From Phoronis australis (lineage: Eukaryota > Animalia > Phoronida), in NCBI GenBank assembly GCA_002633005.1, contig NMRA01000262.1, forward strand, positions 322,298-386,297: a stretch of DNA of 64,000 nt, in the 5' to 3' direction. Of this stretch, positions 62,801-64,000 are shown piece after piece. The notes under the pieces were generated by a model, which worked only from the letters and a program-made list of their open reading frames with translations, ran no database searches and had not been told where the DNA came from. The first letter of the stretch is position 1. Every line of letters begins with the position of its first letter. Position numbers and translations under genes: made by a program.

Positions 62801-63318
62801 TGGTCAAGGTCAGTGTTGCTGGTTTTGTATTCCAGGTTGGTTTCATCCTTGGAATCTGCCTACCTTGTTATGAGCTGATGGCCGAAGTATTACCTGGTTC
62901 TGAACCTATGGCAGAAGGCGCAAGGTATATATGACAGTTAAAGTGCATAAAGTAACTCTTGATTTAAATCACTTGCAGTAATTATTAGACTCAAACTTTT
63001 CCTTGATCAAAATTTATTTCTGGACTGATGTATTACTTCATTATAACTTGAGACCCCCATGGCTTGACCAGTTGACTTGTCATGGCATGTAATCATGCCC
63101 CGTGCTCTTGGTCTCAAATAGCACCTGTCATTTTTCTAAACCATTTCACACATTTAATTCTGCAGCTAACTTACTTTCGTAGGTTTGAAATTTGACACCT
63201 GCGTGAATTCAATTTGTGTATCGAGGTCTGCCATGTTGTTTGCAGTGCTAATTTAAAGAAATGGAAAGAACTTGCTGAATCACAACCGGAGAAAGAGGAA
63301 GACTCACAGACCAGCTGA
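9020..63318 (+). CDS. PDE10A: Spliced gene: PDE10A-like dual-GAF 3',5'-cyclic nucleotide phosphodiesterase (24 exon positions, 2 of them mutually exclusive pairs)
   Basis: Exons joined by hand via GT-AG sites give one open frame of 2310 nt including stop from ATG 9022 with exon 12a (2319 nt with 12b). It contains the GAF signature ([20 protein letters not shown]; VNK..F...DE), catalytic motifs YHNWAH, HDLDHRG, EHHH, ATDL, xDL and invariant Gln (PQSQVGF). The GAF-B and linker sequence resembles vertebrate PDE10A as recalled; orthology was not tested. Confidence 0.9.
10461..10674. repeat. 19-bp minisatellite, about 11 copies
   Basis: Unit TTGTGACAAGTTACTTCTC. Confidence 0.95.
11341..11458 (-). 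mobile_element. tRNA-derived SINE head fragment
   Basis: Minus strand shows A-box-like TGGCCTGGTTGA and B-box GGTTCAAGTCC followed by GCCCTTGAGCC. No complete tRNA cloverleaf. Confidence 0.6.
11740..11780 (+). CDS. PDE10A: exon 2 ([14 protein letters not shown])
   Basis: gttttgtag acceptor, AAA|gtaagt donor; phase 1 to 0 fits neighbours. Confidence 0.75.
12448..12559 (+). CDS. PDE10A: exon 3 ([37 protein letters not shown]), start of GAF-A
   Basis: ttctgcag acceptor, CAG|gtaact donor; phase 0 to 1. Confidence 0.85.
13115..13292. repeat. 39-bp minisatellite, about 4.5 copies
   Basis: Unit TGGCCACGACCCTGACTTCACATAAAAATCTGACTCTGG. Confidence 0.93.
13580..13985 (-). mobile_element. Penelope-like retroelement remnant (GIY-YIG endonuclease fragment)
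   Basis: ORF 13693-13926: VVYEFVC..C...YIGRT....RL..H...G.I..H is a GIY-YIG motif of the PLE type; frame broken downstream. Confidence 0.7.
15262..15465 (+). pseudogene. Degenerate THAP-like zinc-finger fragment, probable DNA transposon remnant
   Basis: CCVVDAC-x50-CSEN with internal H.FP, W and I.R residues matches the THAP C2CH layout, but the final His is replaced by Asn. Confidence 0.45.
16621..18610. mobile_element. Putative non-autonomous TIR element with AAATGTAACA subterminal repeats
   Basis: GGTGATACCATGTAAAATGTAACAATTT at left versus AAATTGTTACATTTGACAGTGTATCACC at right; ATGTAAC/GTTACAT motifs cluster at both ends. Confidence 0.5.
17596..18097. mobile_element. Diverged foldback (palindromic) element of about 500 bp, nested in the previous element
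   Basis: Arm pairs such as GAGCAATGCGCTCTTTGTC / GACAAAGAGTGCATTGCTC and GCACAGGTGAGCGCATGGTG / CACCATGCGGTCACCTGTGC. Confidence 0.75.
18810..19215 (-). mobile_element. Degenerate Penelope-like retroelement 3' remnant
   Basis: Hammerhead motif plus an upstream decayed 'EAI......(stop)DSG' tract resembling the GIY-YIG C-terminal EAI..LNRD.G segment. Confidence 0.4.
18815..18860 (-). ncRNA. Minimal type I hammerhead ribozyme motif (Penelope-like element type)
   Basis: Minus strand reads ACTT-CTGAAGA-T-GATGTT-gaataaat-GACACC-GAAAC-AT-GTC-AAGT: CUGANGA and GAAA cores, stem I ACTT/AAGT, stem II with one mismatch, palindromic stem III ACATGT, GUC cleavage triplet. Confidence 0.65.
19509..19688. 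repeat. 87-bp perfect tandem duplication upstream of exon 4
   Basis: CAAATGGCCCTTGAGTGATGGG...TAATCGAATACT at 19509 and 19596. Confidence 0.9.
19791..19840 (+). CDS. PDE10A: exon 4 ([17 protein letters not shown]), GAF-A
   Basis: tttcttttag acceptor, GAG|gtaagc donor; GAF 'AD...LYL.D' strand; phase 1 to 0. Confidence 0.88.
20435..21389. mobile_element. Non-autonomous Mutator (MULE)-like element with 9-bp TSD
   Basis: Termini GGATTGTTCTAGAACCC... and ...GGGTTTTAGAACAACC with CGACCC subterminal repeats; exact TSD AATATTCAT at 20426-20434 and 21390-21398. Confidence 0.85.
21523..22615. mobile_element. Foldback element of about 1.1 kb (arms about 480 bp), Harbinger-like termini
   Basis: GCCCTTTCATATTACCGT / ACGGTAATATGAAAGGCC termini; internal arm pairs such as AAATGTTCCCAAATTGTCAC / GTGACAATTTGGGAACATTT; TAA/TTA flanks. 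Confidence 0.85.
22869..22900 (+). CDS. PDE10A: exon 5, 32-nt micro-exon ([10 protein letters not shown])
   Basis: Long pyrimidine tract with ccag acceptor, AA|gtgagt donor; supplies the phase 0 to 2 change needed between exons 4 and 6. Confidence 0.75.
23867..23966 (+). CDS. PDE10A: exon 6 ([33 protein letters not shown]), GAF-A
   Basis: ctttcag acceptor, GGG|gtgagt donor; GAF 'G.TV.AYVA.T...L.V.D' motif. Confidence 0.9.
24348..24441 (+). CDS. PDE10A: exon 7 ([32 protein letters not shown]), GAF-A
   Basis: ttttcag acceptor, G|gtaagt donor; 'D.RFP.G...SVL..PI' motif. Confidence 0.9.
25143..25410. repeat. 26-bp minisatellite (about 7 copies) running into a degenerate SINE-like tail
   Basis: Unit GGAGACCTTACTCAAGGGTCTGGGTC. 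The last copy continues CTCAAGGG...TTGAACCC...AAGCCAC, like the 11341-11458 element. Confidence 0.8.
25910..25968 (+). CDS. PDE10A: exon 8 ([20 protein letters not shown]), GAF-A
   Basis: ccttacag acceptor, GAG|gtattt donor; phase 1 to 0. Confidence 0.88.
27112..27286. repeat. 41-bp minisatellite, about 4 copies
   Basis: Unit CATTTCTGAGATGTACTGTTCCTAGGTTAGCCAAACTTGGA. Confidence 0.93.
27753..27956. repeat. Imperfect hairpin of about 200 bp (small MITE-like foldback)
   Basis: AGCAAAATAAATTAAAA...ATCCTCATTG pairs with CAATGAGGAC...TTTTAATTTATTTTGCT. Confidence 0.75.
29060..29392. repeat. 33-bp minisatellite, about 10 copies
   Basis: Unit CTACCAAGTGTCATTTCATGCACCAAGCAAGCC. Confidence 0.95.
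29946..29996 (+). CDS. PDE10A: exon 9 ([17 protein letters not shown]), end of GAF-A
   Basis: acag acceptor, GAG|gtacag donor; 51 nt, phase 0-0. Confidence 0.88.
30200..30330 (+). mobile_element. Degenerate LINE fragment (C-terminal to the RT domain)
   Basis: Translates [20 protein letters not shown], resembling the 'FCK.LL.V...T.N.A...ELG' segment of non-LTR retrotransposons. Confidence 0.3.
32433..32491 (+). CDS. PDE10A: exon 10 ([20 protein letters not shown]), inter-GAF helix
   Basis: gttgtag acceptor, AA|gtaagt donor; 'KQ..LN.FLL.V.K' motif. Confidence 0.9.
32658..32772. repeat. 18-bp minisatellite, about 6 copies
   Basis: Unit GTTAGACCTATTATTACC. Confidence 0.93.
33038..33882. mobile_element. 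Second MULE-like non-autonomous element of the same TIR family, 9-bp TSD
   Basis: GGATTGTTCTAAACTCCC... and ...GGGTTTTAGTTCAATCC termini; TSD TGCATATAT / TGCATTTAT (1 mismatch). Confidence 0.8.
33949..34000 (+). CDS. PDE10A: exon 11 ([17 protein letters not shown])
   Basis: gttttag acceptor, ATG|gtaagt donor; phase 2 to 0. Confidence 0.9.
35036..35182. repeat. 35-bp minisatellite, about 4 copies
   Basis: Unit TTCTTGGTAATGAGGTTGTATAGTTGTTGGTAGAG. Confidence 0.93.
35811..35944 (+). CDS. PDE10A: exon 12a, alternative GAF-B exon ([45 protein letters not shown])
   Basis: catag acceptor, AG|gttcaa donor; 134 nt, phase 0 to 2, open frame; paralogous to 12b. Confidence 0.85.
36885..37027 (+). CDS. 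PDE10A: exon 12b, alternative GAF-B exon ([48 protein letters not shown])
   Basis: tttcaacag acceptor, AG|gtttgg donor; 143 nt, phase 0 to 2, open frame; paralogous to 12a. Confidence 0.85.
38518..38610 (+). CDS. PDE10A: exon 13 ([31 protein letters not shown]), GAF-B
   Basis: catgtag acceptor, AG|gtatgc donor; canonical GAF-B core. Confidence 0.95.
38840..41073 (+). mobile_element. Helentron/HINE-like composite element: (GT)n near the 5' end, degenerate internal tandem modules, 3' hairpin
   Basis: T-run start, (GT)n at 38858-38885, recurring modules GATTTCAATGAAACTTGACACA...CTGCAGCACCTCCTAGTGG, terminal hairpin CTATGCAACATGGGGGCAT/ATGCCTCCATGTTGCATAG then CTCTTGTT. Confidence 0.55.
41370..41438 (+). 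CDS. PDE10A: exon 14 ([22 protein letters not shown]), GAF-B
   Basis: tttgcag acceptor, AA|gtaagt donor; phase 2-2. Confidence 0.95.
43451..45068 (+). mobile_element. CpG-rich Helentron-associated (HINE/DINE-1-like) element
   Basis: 5' subterminal ACTTGGCGGAATTC with adjacent inverted copy GAATTCCGACAAGT; 3' subTIR TTCGCCAAGT (45031-45040), then hairpin CGCTC-ctcc-GAGCG and a T-run. Confidence 0.7.
45255..45955. mobile_element. Young 701-bp foldback MITE with arms of about 280 bp and 4-bp TSD GACA
   Basis: GGCGCTAGTCGGATATAATGGACCCTAACTTATTCC... versus ...GGAATAAGTTAGGGTCTATTATATCTGACTAGTGCC; GACA at 45251-45254 and 45956-45959. Confidence 0.9.
47622..47736 (+). CDS. PDE10A: exon 15 ([38 protein letters not shown]), GAF-B NKxFxDE motif
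   Basis: ttttttcag acceptor, AAG|gtaagt donor. Confidence 0.95.
48774..49053 (+). repeat. 4 x 70-bp tandem repeat spanning the intron 15/exon 16 boundary
   Basis: Unit TGCTTTAATTCATACCCATTTGTAG|TTATATGACAAAATCAGGAGATC(G/A)GAGCAAAAGTACAAGGTAGCT. Confidence 0.97.
49009..49148 (+). CDS. PDE10A: exon 16 ([47 protein letters not shown]), GAF-B/catalytic linker
   Basis: atttgtag acceptor (last of four tandem copies), AG|gtaagg donor; 'Y..IR.SE..Y.V..E.LSYH' motif. Confidence 0.88.
49206..49526. repeat. 44/47-bp minisatellite, about 7 copies
   Basis: Unit TTGTAGTGACTGGTCATTCTAGCTT(CTT)TGATGATGAATTCTGGTTG. Confidence 0.93.
50041..50512. mobile_element. hAT-like MITE
   Basis: Termini CAGTGTTTGAA / TTCGAATGCTG, GCTGGCCC subterminal repeats, degenerate 8-bp TSD CTTTTGTG / CTTATTTG. 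Confidence 0.55.
50559..50654 (+). CDS. PDE10A: exon 17 ([32 protein letters not shown])
   Basis: ttccag acceptor; donor AG|gtagga at 50655, with an alternative in-frame AA|gtatag at 50649. Confidence 0.82.
51348..51498 (+). CDS. PDE10A: exon 18 ([50 protein letters not shown]), catalytic domain
   Basis: YHNWxH metal/catalytic motif; AAG-type acceptor, GAG|gtagga donor. Confidence 0.93.
52043..53217. repeat. 37-bp satellite, about 32 copies, each with an internal hairpin CAGGTC-acacac-GACCTG
   Basis: Unit TCAGGTCACACACGACCTGCAGTTCCTTCATAACATT; no unique spacers. Confidence 0.97.
53987..54193 (+). CDS. PDE10A: exon 19 ([69 protein letters not shown])
   Basis: Class I PDE signature HDLDHRG.TN; ctag acceptor, CAG|gtcagt donor; 207 nt, phase 0-0. 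Confidence 0.97.
55685..56350. repeat. Compound 26/15-bp minisatellite
   Basis: Units ACACTGTGCTGTACCACTATTCTCCT and ACACTGTATTCTCCT interleaved; explains the 339-aa ORF. Confidence 0.93.
56608..56729 (+). CDS. PDE10A: exon 20 ([41 protein letters not shown])
   Basis: ILATDL motif; ttttcag acceptor, AG|gtaaaa donor; phase 0 to 2. Confidence 0.95.
57192..57303 (+). CDS. PDE10A: exon 21a, alternative catalytic exon ([37 protein letters not shown])
   Basis: gtgtag acceptor, CAG|gtagag donor; 112 nt, phase 2 to 0; MTxxDL..KPW..EEF motif. Confidence 0.88.
59841..60012. repeat. 19-bp minisatellite, about 8 copies
   Basis: Unit CATGACATGTCTACTCATA. Confidence 0.9.
60657..60786 (+). repeat. 34-bp degenerate tandem repeat just upstream of the exon 21b acceptor, with dispersed copies further upstream
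   Basis: CTAGTGCATGATGA(A/G)GTCATATCTGTTCATATAA at 60674, 60708, 60742, 60776; related copies near 58715-58790, 60128-60175 and 60428-60510. Confidence 0.8.
60826..60937 (+). CDS. PDE10A: exon 21b, alternative catalytic exon ([37 protein letters not shown])
   Basis: ttctag acceptor, CAG|gtaatg donor; 112 nt, same length and phase as 21a; same motif intact. Confidence 0.85.
62156..62236 (+). CDS. PDE10A: exon 22 ([27 protein letters not shown]), includes invariant Gln
   Basis: tttcag acceptor, CAG|gtactg donor; 'GD.E...G..PI.MMDR' motif. Confidence 0.95.
62487..62620. mobile_element. 134-bp dimeric mini-element with CATGGGCGGCG termini and 5-bp TSD CTTAC
   Basis: CATGGGCGGCGCA...TGCGCCGCCCATG; CTTAC at 62482-62486 and 62621-62625; AGCACTGAAAAAAGTGGGGACTAT occurs twice internally. 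Confidence 0.75.
62836..62924 (+). CDS. PDE10A: exon 23 ([29 protein letters not shown])
   Basis: ttccag acceptor, AG|gtatat donor; 'Q|VGF....C.PCY' motif. Confidence 0.93.
63246..63318 (+). CDS. PDE10A: exon 24, terminal coding exon ([23 protein letters not shown])
   Basis: tttgcag acceptor; 'NL..W' final catalytic helix; TGA at 63316-63318. Confidence 0.88.
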
Positions 63319-64000
63319 ATTGTGGGATATCACATTTTACAGCAATTGCTTTGATACCAGTCATTTACTTCTGCACATTTAATTTCACATTGTGAAACGT
63401 ATGTCAGTTGTTGACAATAATTGTCATATACCATATTTGCAATACGATGAAGGGAGCACCTTGCTACTTTCTGCATAATATTACTTTTAGACTGTGACAT
63501 GCAGGTTAATAGTCAGGTGTGGAACAAGAGGGGGCCTACAGGGTTCAGAACTCCCCATCTGAGCTTTTGCTGTGTTGTAATAGAAGAATATAATTTGGCA
63601 GTCTCTTGTGAAACACTTGCAGTAACTGAAGGAAACTGTGTGCCATTGACAATAGATGGCGCTGGCTTCACAATGAGAATTTTGAAAGGTATACTAAGAA
63701 AAAAGGGACAAAAAACAAAATCTCCACTTTTCACCCCAAAACCACCACTTGTTTGCCGATGCACAACTAAAACCAACATGAGATTTTGAAACCAAATTTC
63801 CTACCAATTCCAAAACTGGTTCAAAAGTACTGTCAACCAACTATTTCTTTTGCAAATCTGGCTACCTAAAATCGCAGCCAAAATCTCGTTACCCAGCCGT
63901 GCAAAATTGCAACAGGGGCCGCCATCTTGAAGAAGAGTGCAGCTACAGCCAAGCAAGTGATGTTTTTCATTTTCAACATGTTCACAAATACAAACAAACC

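Noticed and set aside
63499-63789. 96-aa ORF after the stop codon as an alternative last exon or next gene
   Set aside because: No PDE C-terminal motif, no phase-compatible acceptor giving a sensible frame, no recognisable domain; probably 3' UTR. No AATAAA noticed before the window end.

Overview
AT-rich, repeat-dense animal genomic DNA, most likely from an invertebrate; the lineage cannot be fixed from sequence alone. Almost the whole window is one + strand gene encoding a PDE10A-like cyclic nucleotide phosphodiesterase (N-terminal helix, GAF-A, GAF-B, class I catalytic domain). I reconstructed it by hand as 24 coding-exon positions from 9020 to the stop at 63318. All have GT-AG boundaries and consistent phases, giving about 769-772 aa from the ATG at 9022; further 5' exons may lie outside the window. 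Main result: the gene has two pairs of old, tandemly duplicated, phase-locked exons that can only be used mutually exclusively. One pair is in the nucleotide-sensing GAF-B domain (35811-35944 / 36885-37027). The other covers the metal-binding Asp and substrate pocket of the catalytic domain (57192-57303 / 60826-60937). This predicts a 2x2 sensor-by-active-site isoform matrix. The intron between the catalytic alternatives holds a cluster of TGCATG (RBFOX-type) motifs. Other observations: a recent 4x70-bp duplication of a splice acceptor plus exon start, a minimal hammerhead ribozyme motif in a Penelope-like remnant, several MITE/foldback and Helentron-like elements, and many minisatellites that account for most of the long 'ORFs' in the track.
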